A stretch of 64,000 bases of DNA from the NCBI GenBank assembly GCA_043228905.1, contig JBHGNT010000008.1:16306001-16370000 (forward strand). The letters run 5' to 3'. Numbering within the stretch: position 1 is the stretch's first letter; each line of letters opens with the position of its first letter. Origin of the DNA: Azolla caroliniana (lineage: Eukaryota > Plantae > Polypodiophyta). Shown here one piece after another: positions 23,614-36,736 of this stretch. The translations under genes and the position numbers were made by a program. The notes under the pieces are model-generated. The model worked only from the letters and a program-made list of their open reading frames with translations. It ran no database searches and was not told where the DNA came from.

Positions 23614-23839
23614 CATCCACTTTCTTTTGATGAGGATCAATTTCGATCCCTCACCTTCTAGTTCCAGTGTGGGTCATAACTGCTCACTTTCCTCATGGGG
23701 ATCGCATCAGTTTCTTGCTAGCACTACTGTTTGTTCCGTGTTTTGGGTCAACCTTTACTATTTACCCTCTCATGATAGAAGAAGTTGAGTCGACTGCTTC
23801 ACCTGCACTCCTTTGCCCGTTGTTGTTCCAGTTCCTAAT

Positions 23840-24340
23840 GAGGACCGCACATGGTTGCTGATGTTCCAATTCCGGTGAGGGCCACACATGGTCACTCACG
23901 CATGTTCGTGTTCTTGTTCTAGTTGAGAACCACACATGGTCACTCACTCTCGTTTGTGTTCCAGTTCCCACTGAGGATCACGTGGTCACTCATGCCTGTT
24001 CATGTTCCCGATGAGAACCACACATGGTCATTCATGTTTGTTGGTGTTCCAATCTTAGGTGAGGACTGCACATGGTTGCTCATGCCCCATTCGTGTCCCA
24101 TTTCTCAGTGAGGACTACATGGTCGCTCACTCTCGTTCGTGTTCAAGTTCCCAACGAGGACCACATGATCACTCGCGCTCATTCATGTTCTCGATGAGGA
24201 CCGCACATAGTCGCTCACGCCCGTCAGTGTTCTAGTCTCTGGTGAGGACCGCACATGGTTGCTCACGTCTGTTGGTGTTCATGTCTCCAGTGACGACATC
24301 ACATGGTTTCTCACACCCATCGGTGCTCCACTTCCCACTC
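23840..24340. repeat. Degenerate minisatellite, about 11 units of 36-48 bp (core GAGGACC(G/A)CACATGGT(C/T)(G/A)CTCA...GTGTTC)
   Basis: The core recurs through 23840-24340 with many transitions. Confidence 0.8.
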
Positions 24341-24659
24341 ATCCCTACACCACACTTTTGAAAAGGCGGTCGTAAAGGGGAGGATAATTTCACGGCACAA
24401 TGACATAAAATATATACTTGGTGAGGATTGAACCTACCTCACATCAACAAGATGTCATGCTCAACCATTTTGGTATGACCATGCATTTGTATATAATGAT
24501 TTAGTATTCTATAGTCTAGCATATAGTACATTTCAGAATCAGAATATTCTAATTGTTAGTAAATTCTAGAAATATTGTATGGTATTTTCTAGAGATATTT
24601 CTAGAGATATTTCTTGAGTATATTCTAGAGATATTCAATCTCGGAACTGACGGGAACTC

Positions 24660-24917
24660 AAACACTCCTTATGCGCAATGCTCGGCCACAACCGAGCTTA
24701 GAATCATACACAAAAAACGGGAATGAATTCACGACACAAAGAAGAGAAGAGTACATAGGATGTTTACGTGGAAAACCCCAAACTAGGGGAAAAACCACGG
24801 CAGCCCACAGGCTGCGAACTATCACTATGTTAGAATGTACAACAGTGAGTTTATGGAGGCAACGACCTTGTGCTCACGATCTTCGCCACAGGCGACGATT
24901 ACAACAGAGGCAACGAC

Positions 24918-24972
<55 letters not shown>

Positions 24973-27700
24973 CACTGTTACACGCTCTCTCTTCTTACAC
25001 CAACAAGAAAAGACAACAACCATCACTAAAAGTTTGCCCTAAGTCATATTATGACTTTTCGGCTATTTATAGATATAGCCTCGATGGACTCTCAGAAACA
25101 TATTTACGAATATGTCTCTTCATCCGGTGAGCATTCCTCACCGGGTCTGCACCATCCGGCTCTCCGTAGCCAGGTACTCCTCATCCGGTTTCGGCCTCGG
25201 CCGAGTTTGTTCATCAGCACTGTTCTTCTCTCTTCCCATCCGGAGGGACCTGTCTCCCAACAGGAACTTGTATAAATACTTGTAACCTCCTTGGTCCCTT
25301 TCAAGGTATTCAACACCAGTCATTGACACATCAATCTAGTATTCTTGTTTCACCCCATCTTGGCTCCTTGATCTTTATCTTTGTCTTCATGCTCTTGTGC
25401 CATTCCCGGCTTCTAAGTTCCACACTCTTAGCCCCATCATCCATCCTCTGTCTGAGTCCATCGTTGGTGTATCCATGACAAAACGTTGTCAATGAATCTA
25501 TTGGGTCAATCCACACAATACCACTCCTTATCTCATCGTCGGCCTTTGATAAATCTTGTGATTGAACTTTCTTTTCATTAGCCGACTTGATCACTTTTCC
25601 ACAGAATCCTCATCCAATTTGGGGATAGCCAACCTTCAATCCGGAGGTAGTCGAAGTTGACTTCAGGGGTTGTCGAGTCTCAAAGGAGTGGATTCTCCAA
25701 TTATAGTAGAAGATAATTTTTCTTTCCAACACTTCCTTGTGACTCAAACAATCCTTTTTTAGGTGCCCGATGCTATAACACCATATGCACCAATGGACGT
25801 ACTCCCTCTTTTCTCCTTCCTTGGGCTTTTGCCCGACACACGAGCTTTCACCCTTCTCAATCTTCGTGAATTTGAGCTGCAAATCCTTCATTCCTTTTAT
25901 GAGCTCATCAATTACTAACTCTCACACTTTGCCAGCATATGTTTGGATTCCTATTTCTTACTTTGGATGTTCTCTAACAATCATCTTTATTGGCTATCAT
26001 ATCCTCCATCCTTAGCACCCTAATTCTAAGTACTCGTCGAGCCTTTGGCACCTTTGCCCAATCGAACACCACTATGGTCGTGCTTGTTTGGTCCTCTAGA
26101 AGAATTGTGTGATCTTTTCTAAAAGATCTATCTGCTGCTCGGACGAATAAATCCACCTTCTCTTATTGTAATAGCTCTTAGTCTCTTACCAAAATCTTCT
26201 ATCTTCTCAACCTCCCTAAGTAACTATGAGACTGAGAGACCTTTACCCCCTTTCTTGGTCCATTCGAGAAAGTTGTTCTTTGTCATCCAAGTTTGTTCAT
26301 CTAACATATATTTATTGAGCAATGCTTGATGGAAACCAACCTAGTCTTCATGGAACGAACCTCTCTTGCAACTCCATCACCCTTTCTTGGACATCAACTG
26401 TATTATGACCTAGTTTATATGTGACACTATTTGTACCCCGTTTGCTCCTCTACTGGCCATCTCGTATTCATAGACCTCGAGGTATCAGGTGATGTCCCTC
26501 ACCACTAAACTTGTTTATTTTCTCAATGATGATCTGTACATCGAACGTTAACCCGCATTCCATCCGGTTCATCACGCTTTGCTCCTACATCATCTCACTC
26601 ATCACGGTCATCATGAAATTGATTATATCCATGTTGATGTCACTCTCGACCATTTTCTTTAATCGGAGACTTCGTAATGAAAAGTGAGAGAGACAAGCAC
26701 AAACAAGAGGTAGAGATAGTGTATGATTCAAGAAGCAAGAGTATATGACAAAAAGAAGCTTTATTATATTGAGAATACAATATTTTACAAAATTTACAAT
26801 GCTTGATAGAAAAGATGATATTTTATCTTTGCCAAACTCTGACTTGAACCCATAACTTCAATTTTGAATGACGATATACTTTGCAGATGACCTATCTTGA
26901 GTTTAATTGATTTATTGGTTAATTGATTTTCTAATTTTTTCAATGCCGACATGCTTCCCTTCCCTCTCTTTATATAGGTGCTCACATGCATATTATGTAT
27001 GTGAGGGTGCATGACATGCATGCAATGCATGTGATCTATGATCGCCATTTGGCATACGTGTGTTATATGCGATGCATGATAGCCATCTTGCTCATCTAAG
27101 TTGTCATGTATGAAAGTAGAGATAAGATCTAAGTATGGTGATGAGAATATAATTATGTACAATAGGTTATCTTAATGGTTTCTGCTTTTTACTCAACATA
27201 TAAGGTTATAGGGTCAAGACTCACAAATGATGTTTGTTTTTATATCGCGAAGATCTTAACTCCCATAGAGGTTGACCTATTGTCAAGACGCTCGTCCCCA
27301 TTCAAGACACTATAATATATGGCTCTCCCAATATGACCGGATGAGAGGATGTCTCCTATACGATGAAATGTTGGTCAATCTCAACATCCCAACCTTCACC
27401 CTTACATTTGGGAAAGCACCATGTAACTCTTCGATCACTCGAGTCACTACTCTTATCTTCCACTTGTGTTTGGTATTTATCAACAATTTCCCCTTTCAAT
27501 AGAAGTTCACGGACATTAAATTAATCTCATATCCATGGTCAATCAACGCCACAAGCAGAAAACTAAAGAAGAACCAAATGCCCCCGGATGTCGAGTTTCA
27601 AAGCAACTCGACGTGGTGTAGAAGCCATTAACAAAATAAGGGAACATGAGCTACACCTCCCCTAGAAGCCATGGTTGGGGTACCTTCTACACTGGAACCA
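24660..27700 (-). mobile_element. Nested, decayed LTR-retrotransposon debris (Gypsy-type gag with CCHC knuckle, LTR-like segments, protease-region fragment)
   Basis: Minus-strand WCIWCYSIGHLKKDC zinc knuckle in ORF 25610-25891. The LTR-like non-coding segment 24660-25316 contains (CT)n and starts TGTTGAA on the minus strand. Boundaries are uncertain. Confidence 0.55.
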
Positions 27701-27969
27701 TTAGTCACACCCACACCGAAACCCTTTGAACTCCCACTTCATTTCGAGAGACTTGGATGGAAATGAAACTAGGCCTAGTACAAAGTCATTTCTTTTATCG
27801 AATACGTTACGCCAATACACGTTTTGTACAATACTAGAACTTTTTTGGCTTAAGTTCTATTTTTATTTTTATTTGTATTTTGATGATTGGGTAGACACCC
27901 TATTTTATTGTACACCAATTGTCTCATGGGCCCATTTGTGACCTTAGAAGACGTTAATATATCTTTCTT

Positions 27970-28404
27970 ACTGACATCCTGAAAAGAATGGCGTGTGGAA
28001 GCAATATAGGAAACCGAACAACAGAAAACGCAAGTTTAATGGAAAGCTTAGGTTTTGCACAGTACGCACGAGAGAGACAGAGAAAATAAAAACCAAAACT
28101 ATATTCAAAATCATACTCAATCTATATATCGTGTGTGTTCAATGAACACTTTTATACGAGTCCTTTTTCGGACTGACAGAAGTACTGACAGTACTTCAAT
28201 GCTCATTAAGGAGCCCCTACACTAACTCCCAAATATATTCCTTGCGGAATATCTTTCAGATGGCCTCCCAGTTTCTGCACCGATCCGGCCTTCCTACGCA
28301 CCGGTCTGCGTACCGGTACCGATCCGGCCTAACCGATCGGTCCCAACCGATCTAGTCCTCGGCTTGCTCAGCCGATCCGGCCGATGTTGAGCTTGTCTCT
28401 CAAC
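27970..28404 (-). mobile_element. Probable solo LTR
   Basis: The roughly 430-bp non-coding TG...CA segment (TGACATCC...TCTCAACA) has CCGATC(C/G)G subrepeats. No TSD could be verified. Confidence 0.35.
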
Positions 28405-28513
28405 ACATCCTCTTTGTGTGGGCACCTACTAGCTTCGACAAAAATGTATGTTTAAGTTGTATTCACAGTTATAAATGTGCATCCTTATCATCACGTAATG
28501 CAAACATAGCGGA

Positions 28514-29345
28514 TTGTGGTGGCCCACCACCCTAAAAGATGCCGTGAAGTATAGCAGAGAATGCGATTTGTGTCAACGACTGGGCCAACCCACGGAGCAG
28601 GCCCGGATGCCACACCACCCGGTCTTGCCTTTGGAACCATTTCAAAAGTGGGGTTTGGACTTTGTCGGTCCCTTCAAGCCACCGGCAATGCGAACCGGAA
28701 ATCGGTATGTCATAGTGGCAACCGACTATTGCACCAAATGGGTAGAAGCAAAGCCCTTACGAGACAACACGGCCGCGTCCACGGAAAAGTTTCTGTACGA
28801 GTGCATATGGTGCCGGTATGGATGCCCGATCGAGCTTATAAGTGACCAAGGAGGACATTTTCTCGGGCAGGTAGTAGAAAGCCTAACGTCATTTTACGCG
28901 GTGGTACATAAAAGGAGTACTCCCTACTACCCTCAAGCCAATGGACTAGCGGAATCAACGAACAAAACCCTGCAGAACATCCTACGAAAAATCGTCAACG
29001 AGAACCGGACCGACTGGGATACGAAATTGCAAAGCGCGCTATGGGCGAAATTGCAAAGCGCGCTATGGGCGTACCGAACAACGTACAAAACCAGCATCCG
29101 GACAACCCCGTTCCGACTAGCATTCGGTTTAGAAGCGGTCATGGTGGTAGAGTTCCAGATCCCCAGCTTACGGATCCAGGTAAAGGAGCGCTTAAGTGAG
29201 AAGGAGTCCGAACGAATCCGGCTGGCGACGTTGTTGGAATTAGAAAAAAACCGAATAGCCAGCTTACTACAACTCGAACTGGAGCAAAGGAGGAGAAAAG
29301 CTTTCGTGGACCGACACCGGCGTGGCAACGAAAAGGAGTTCGAAG
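28514..29345 (+). mobile_element. Ty3/Gypsy integrase fragment (zinc-binding end plus rve core)
   Basis: WWPTTLKD...CDLCQR, PFQKWGLDFVGP, ATDYCTKWVEAKPL, ELISDQGGHF, STPYYPQANGLAESTNK and ALWAYRTTYKTSIRTTPFRLAFG. Confidence 0.92.
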
Positions 29346-29729
29346 TCCTCGGCAGGCCTTCAATGGGCGCAGCGAGGCGGGGTTTCGGACCCCGGGCCCG
29401 TTTCATTACCAAATGGGCGGGCAGCTCCTATCATTTTGTCCGGACATAGTTCTCGTGGCGACCATATTGTCGACCACGGGGTTACCGGGAGCCTTGTCCT
29501 ATGTAAAACACCATATTTCCGCTTGGCACACAATTGAATTCATCTCATATGCCTATCTCTATCCTTCCTTCCTTCCTTCCTTCCTTCCATTCATTTCTGG
29601 TCTTTCTTATTCTTCATTCACTTCATTTGTTTGTTTCATTTGTTTGATAATGTGAAGAAGAAGAAGAAGATGAAGAAGATGCTGCAGACAAGAATCTGAC
29701 ACTGAAGCTATGGCCGCTCTGCGATCGCC

Positions 29730-31966
29730 ATGGCAGACATGAAAGAGAAGGTCGCCACTCCTCCTCCTCCTCCTCCTCCTCCTCCTTCTTCTTCTTCTTC
29801 GTCTTCTTCTTGCTCGGCTCTCAAAACCATCTACAACGACTGTTTCAACAAGTAAGCCGCTTCCCTTCTTCTCCTTCTCCTTCTTCCTCGTCTCTGTTTC
29901 TGCCTTCCCTCTTTCTATTTTGTGCCTCTGATTGCACGTTTATAGGCTTCTGAGATGAAATTGCCGAGCCTCCTGTATGAAATTGTCGAATCTGAGGCTG
30001 ATAAGCTCTGCATCTGTTCTGTCCGTCTTTCTGTCTTTCCTGTGAAGTGTGTCGTGGATCTGTGTGTGACGGGATCTTACATATAATCTTGTGATTCTGT
30101 GGTTTTCTGGGCATACATCACAAGGCCATGTTATTCAACGTTTTTACATATCCTCCGTTGCGCTTGAGTTATGTTGGTTTGTTTATCTGAGTCTTTGCTT
30201 TGTTCATACAAGTATATGTGTCATAAACCTAACGAAATGGGTGCCGGTGGCATCAATAAGCTTAGCAGATGGACGTTGTTTTGAAACTATTCAGATATAA
30301 TATCTTCTAAGCTTATTGATGCAATTTCATATATACATATATTTGCATACACACACACATATGTAGAGAGAGAGAGAGTGTGTGTGTGTGTGTTTGTGTG
30401 TGTGTTAACATCTATTAGAGACCAAAAATAGGCGTATGAGACAACCATAGATTAATTCATGTCATCCATACTGAAACGAAAATAATAACAGGTTTAGGTT
30501 TCCTAAAGGTTCATGATCATTATCTGAATGCGTGAGGTGGAATGACGTTTGAGTTGGGTGACAAACATGAAGTGCACAACAAATATTTATGAATAGTGGT
30601 GATAGGATTGCAGTCAAAATGATACTATGACGAAGTTTAACCAGTGCATCTGGGTGTCCTTGTGTGGATCAGACACGGTGAGAAATTATCTCTATATTTC
30701 GTTGATGGTACTTGTTTCTGGTGTCATCAGCATTCCTATGCTAGCTCTTTGTTGACTCCTTGGCATGTCCATACAACTTTTTAAGATAAGTGTATATACA
30801 GTGATGTATCATAACATTAAGATCATGTCATATATCTGGATATACACATGCATATATGGTGATCATGGTAAGGTGGAATATGCAAATACAATTTCAAGGC
30901 ATATGCTGTGTATAATAGATTAGATTAGATGTTTTTTAGCATCCATAGAAAGGCCAATATTTACCCACGGGACCTAAGTACATAAGTTTTCTTGATATGT
31001 GTTTCCCTCCTATGAAGAAATATTCATACTTTGAAGCACAAAGTGTTGATGTATGAATAAGGCATACACATATGAACTCAACCCTCTAGGTGTTCTCTTT
31101 AATGTGATACTAAAAGTCATCACCCTCTCTGAATGTGACATCATAACTTTCACGAATTGCACTATACAACATGGAGAGAAATATGCAAATACAATTTCAA
31201 GGCATATGCTGTGTATAATAGATTAGATTAGATGTTTTTTAGCATCCATAGAAAGGCCAATATTTACCCACGGAACCTAAGTACATAAGTTTTCTTGATA
31301 TGTGTTTCCCTCCTATGAAGAAATATTCATACTTTGAAGCACAAAGTGTCGATGTATGAATAAGGCATACACATATGAGCTCAACCCTCTAGGTGTTCTC
31401 TTTAATGTGATACTAAAAGTCATCACCCTCTCTGAATGTGACATCATAACTTTCACGAATTGCACTATACAACTTGGAGAGAAATATGCAAATAGTGATT
31501 AAGTTTGACATTAAGATCATCATTCATGTCCTATATCCATATATAAGGAGGTGTATAAGATGATGTTGCTGTATGGAAATCTATGTATAGATTCAAGGCA
31601 TATAATCTGAATCGTTTGATTACCAATAGATCTCAATCATTCATCTCTTTTCTTCATTGACACACATACACAAGTATGAATGAGGCTTATTTATTGATTG
31701 ATTGATATGTCTTTAAAGGTGGTATGCAGAAAAGTTCTTGAAAGGACAATGGGAGAAAGAAGAGTGTGTGGTTGAATGGGAAGCATATCGTGCTTGCGTA
31801 TTGGTATTGCACCTGCGGCTTTTAGTTCTTATTTGACTGATTCCTCTACTGTGCGAAATGTTGTGGAAAGTTAATTATCTGTAGTTCCTACTCTGTTCAG
31901 AAAAGAATGGAAGATCGGAAGCTCCACCATTTATTCAACATCGACACAGATATGCAGGAAAGTTGA
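29730..31966 (+). CDS. MDM35: Mitochondrial distribution and morphology 35 / TRIAP1-like twin-Cys IMS protein; exons 29730-29851, 31719-31803, 31901-31966
   Basis: The spliced product is MADMKEKVAT(P)n(S)nCSALKTIYNDCFNKWYAEKFLKGQWEKEECVVEWEAYRACVLKRMEDRKLHHLFNIDTDMQES*. The C..LK..Y..CFN.WY.EKFLKG...C...W..Y..C signature is typical of Mdm35. The gene is not in the ORF track because the exons are short. Confidence 0.9.
30877..31494. repeat. 303-bp tandem duplication in MDM35 intron 1 containing an RTE-LINE 3' end (minus strand)
   Basis: AATATGCAAATA occurs at 30877, 31180 and 31483. The unit contains a (TAGAT)n tail plus TTTTTAGCATCCATA...ACCCACGGGACC, homologous to 49795-50050. Confidence 0.85.
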
Positions 31967-32939
31967 GCGAGGTGGTGAGTTCTATTCTATTTGTTCATGA
32001 AAAGCCGTATTAGGTTTTCAAAATGTGATCAGAATATCCCTTGTGCAGTGTAATTTGTCTAGCATATTAGGTATTTCCAGGAAGTTTTTAAAACTTACAG
32101 ATATTCTTGTAAGTATCCAGAAAGCTAGGTATATGTTGTTATTTTACCATTCATTTTGTGCAATATGCCTCTCCGGAGTCGTGAATAGATTTGTTTCTGC
32201 ATCTCAGAGAATCGTACATGTTTTAATAGTATTTTAGTGCATGTATAATTAGGAAATTGTGTGACTGTATGGAAGCAATTATCTCTCCATTCCATTTGTT
32301 TCCCTGCTCCTCATGTTTTTTATTCATCCCTTTTTTCTGATTTTCAGTAGTTGATCAAAACCTTGGCTTTCCTCATGGTCAGATATTCTTGAAGCAGGCA
32401 ATGAGATGGAAGAGAACGGGTATAATCCATGTGCTCATTTTGCAGATATCAAGTCTGTGATCCTCACAATGACCTGTGAAGAAAAAGGGGAGCCGAAAAG
32501 CATTTGCCATACCAAGGGTGATGAAATGCGATGGAAACTTGTAACTGCAGAATATGGAGGACATGGGAAAATAATAATCTGCGAAAATATACAAAAAGGA
32601 GTATATATAACTTGGAACATCACAAGCAGTAATGAAGAAAGAGCCCAAGTGAATAGGTGATAAGTTAGAAACCTACTAGTGTAAGAACTCGATATGCATT
32701 TGGTGCAGGACAGATCGATTGGAAGCGTATTGTAATTTAGAATGTGCGAGAACCTGCGATGCATGCTGAGAAGCTCCCCCTTGTACCAATTACAAAAAAT
32801 TGGCATGGCGATCCTTAATTTGGGAAGCATTTTTTATATCGTATTAATAGTTCATGTTGTTTGAAACAGGACTGAGTGGGGATTAAAAACATGATGTTTT
32901 GGGTACCTTGTAATTTTGCCCAATGAATTATTGTTATTA

Positions 32940-33780
32940 TTGATCCTTCAATTGTCCTAGCAAAGAGGGTTTTATTATTTAATGGACATATTGGTGTGAA
33001 GCATTATTGCTAAGTGGGAGAGACCCCTTGATGTTGCCCCTTCCAGACAATGTACATGATTCAATGCACATACTGACCATAGAAAACAATAGTGTTGCAA
33101 TAAATTAAACACAACCTTGACGCATGAAGAAGGCAACAACATGCTTCCTTGTCCAAAATGACCCACAACGATATTGATAGAATAACTCTTGCTAATAGTA
33201 AAGTTTAGAAGGCAAAATGACATGAAGGCCCAAATTTGATGACCAATTGGACATTGGAGGAACATGTCCCTTGAGAGGACATTTGTCTAGATGAAGCTAT
33301 GTTTGCAATATATAGTTAAACTATCGATTCTTTTGAAAGGGAGGGGAGATACCACTCTACTATGTTAAGCCTTTTTTGCCACCAATGCCTTCAACCCCTT
33401 CCCAAACATTCAAAATACTTTTTAAATCAATTGATCATACACTTTATTGTAGGGAGCTTAGACAAAGGTTTTGAATCCTTGAACATCCAATAGACCCATG
33501 GCTTGTCTAAAAACTTTGTCACATGGGAGTAGAGAACAATTGAAACCCCTCTAAACGCTGCCAAATATACACATCTTTGTAGCTCGTGATAATATGCTTA
33601 AGGATGTACGAGATTGCATCAAGTTTTACCTTAATGGGAAACTATGTATGGGTTCTAGAAAGATCTTAGTGAAGATTTTCAAATAAATTTGATTTGCCTG
33701 ACATTCCCTACCATCCTATTGAAGGAGTTAAGAAGTTGGTAGAATCCCGGTCTAGATTGGCTTTTGGTTGCCAAATTATG
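32940..33780 (-). mobile_element. Highly degenerate LINE 3' fragment (zf-RVT/RNase H-like)
   Basis: Minus-strand HMFLQCPIGHQIW motif in ORF 32975-33265. Confidence 0.45.
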
Positions 33781-33782
33781 AG

Positions 33783-34120
33783 GCATCCTCTATACTAATC
33801 AATTGATGTGTCATCATTTAACAAAACTCTTAACGGAAAACACCCCACCACCAAGAGGAAAGTAGACTCTCCAAAGAAAAATCCAAAAAGTGTCCATGGT
33901 TAGGGCCTCTCTCATTTAGCTTGGAGTGAAGATGAATGTGTCCCCTAGATGCATCCTCTATACTAATCAATTGATGTGTCATCATTTAACAAAACTCTTA
34001 ATGGATAACACCCCACCACCAAGTGGAAACTAGACTTTCCAAAGAAAAAATCCAAAATGTGTCCATGGTTAGGGCATCTCTCATATAGTTTGGAGTGAAG
34101 ATGAATGTGTCCCCTAGATG
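33783..34120. repeat. 168-bp tandem duplication
   Basis: GCATCCTCTATACTAATCAATTGATG occurs at 33783 and 33951. Confidence 0.85.
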
Positions 34121-36692
34121 CCCATGCATCGTTCATGAGTACGTATGCATGTAACTTGGAGCATTTTTCAAATATATAAACTCTTCATGCTTGGCTTGCA
34201 AGTTCAAGTCTTGAGCAATGGGTTGTTGTTGAGTTTGCTATATACATGTTTCATAATTTTAGTTGAGAGCATGTCTAATGCTAGTTTTCTCTCGAGGAAG
34301 CAACATTATTATTGCCATATTTTCCACGATATAAAGAGTAGAAAGGATAAGATACGGCCCTTTAGAAGGCAATGCTAAGTTCTAACAATTATCAAATACA
34401 TGCTCTTAATACAAAATGTAAAGGATTAAATTCAAGCAATCAAAAAATATCCACAACATGGTTCTATTATTAGAATTTTATTATTTTAGAATTTTATTTT
34501 ATCATTCATGACAATTTTATATCAAAATCATTAGGATGATGGCAATTATAATTGTCAATCAATATAGATTTCATGGATCATATTGTATTTATGATCCACG
34601 TTGATTTATATTCGGATTCAAATCACATATCTTAATCACAATAAATATGAGAAGCAAAGCAAGTTTTATTAAACTAGTCCCAAACCCTAATTATTAGCAT
34701 TGCCTGGTGGCGAGCTAACCAAGTCACCCAAAATCAACAACTTCTCGATCAATAATGAAACCTTCTCTTTGGGGATATCCTAAGTCTAAGATTGAGGAAG
34801 TATGCGTTCACAACCTCCAAGGTTTCATCATGATGAAACTAAAACGCGTTGTTGCATTAGTGGGGTCTCGGGTCATTATGCAACTTTTTACTTATTGGCA
34901 AGCTTCAATTTTTTGTTGATGCAATTTATTCCGACATTTTCATATGCCATCCAAAAAGGGAAATGTGGGTAACTACCCCACCATTTTGACAAAATATAGA
35001 AAAATCCGTGCGGGGCATTCTCTCTTGACTGCGTGTAAAATACAATGGTGTTTTTGTGAATACAAAACAATGTATGGAAATATAAAAAACACTCCTCGTG
35101 TATGACAATCAACAATATCCCTTGTATTCAACAATCTCAAAGTATACCCTTGATTGAAATGTAGCACATAAAGTTAGTTCCTCCTTAAATCCAATGTTGA
35201 ATAAAATACAAACTTACCTCTATTTTCTTAAGGATGCTTCGTTGTTCGATTGCAGCATGCAATCTAATCAATATGCTTAATATTTTTTAAATAAATCATA
35301 CACTTCATATTTTGATTTTGTATCATCAAATCAAGATGCTCATTGTTCTCATCGAGACAATACTTTGTGTATATTTACGTTGTTGTTGTTAAAAAGCTTG
35401 TAGTTGGATCTTAGGTGAGGGGAGTGATATGCCTCTTCAGTGTGCATTGGTCTCTTTGCCATTTTTGTTCAAGATGTGATTATGTTAGGATGTCCTTAAC
35501 TTGTGGGCACTCAAATTCAACAATGTTACTTCGAAAAAATTTGAGCGCTCGAAGCAAGTCTTCAAATACGTTACTATGGAATAATGTGATAAAACCTTGG
35601 TCATATTGTGTTGGTCTTGGGGACGAGAGTAATGATTAATAGGGATAGCCAGGGGCAACATGGTATTGCTTAAGTGTTTCATCTAATTAGGTAGTGGATA
35701 TTTTTAGGAGGAATGACTTACAAGGATACTTTTTGGCCAAGGGTATATTTCGATATTATGAAAATTGCGGAAAAGGTATACGATTGATTGATATTAGGAT
35801 ACACACAAGAGAGGAATATGTTCAATATAATTTCCCAAAAATATACACCACATCCTGGATCACTCTCACATAGGCTAACAATCAAGCACAATGATGTGAT
35901 ACTCAATGATTCAAGTGAGAATTGAAGCACTGAAAGAAACATGTCATGCCCTAGATGCGATTGGACTTATGCTTCAATGGCAACAACCCCACACCTTTGG
36001 GGTGGGGTGGGGGGGCATATGCTTAGGTACCTGGACGTTCTTTCTTTCTTCGAGGGGCCCTGGCTCTGATGGAGACCGAGGCGGGAGCACATTGTCAAGG
36101 ACCTTTTTGTTATTATCGCCAGAAGTTGAAAACGCAGCGATGCCAAAAGCGAGAACCATTTACATTTTCGAAATGCAGGAAGGGGCGGTGAAAGCAAGCA
36201 CAGGGACATGCAAAAGTAGAGCGAAAAAGCAAAGCAGAGGGGGGTCAATGAAGCGTTACAGGCCGAGAAGCATGGGCATGGTGTCCCGTGTGGGGCTTGG
36301 CTTGGACTTGGGCAGGCAAGTTATGGTCGAAGCGGTGGAACGGCCAAAAGACGAGAGCGGTAGCCGTCGGGTTTTGGCCGGCCGGCTATAGGCCACCGAT
36401 GGACCCCACACCCCCCCCCACACACACTCTCTCTCTCTCTCTCTCCTTCTCTCTCATTCCTTCTTCATTCATCTGTATCCTGCCTGTTCCATCATCATCA
36501 TCATCATCATCATCCGCCATAGCCAAAACCTAGCTCACTCTCAACAGTCACTCTCGACGATTCCTTTGTGAAAGATGAAGGAACAACAAACCCTAATTCT
36601 CTCTTTAGCTTCGTAGCTCTCTTCCCCCCCCCCCCCTCTCCTCCATCCGTTGCATTTTTGTATGTGCGCGCGTGGTGCGCGCGTGTGTGTGT

Positions 36693-36736
<44 letters not shown>

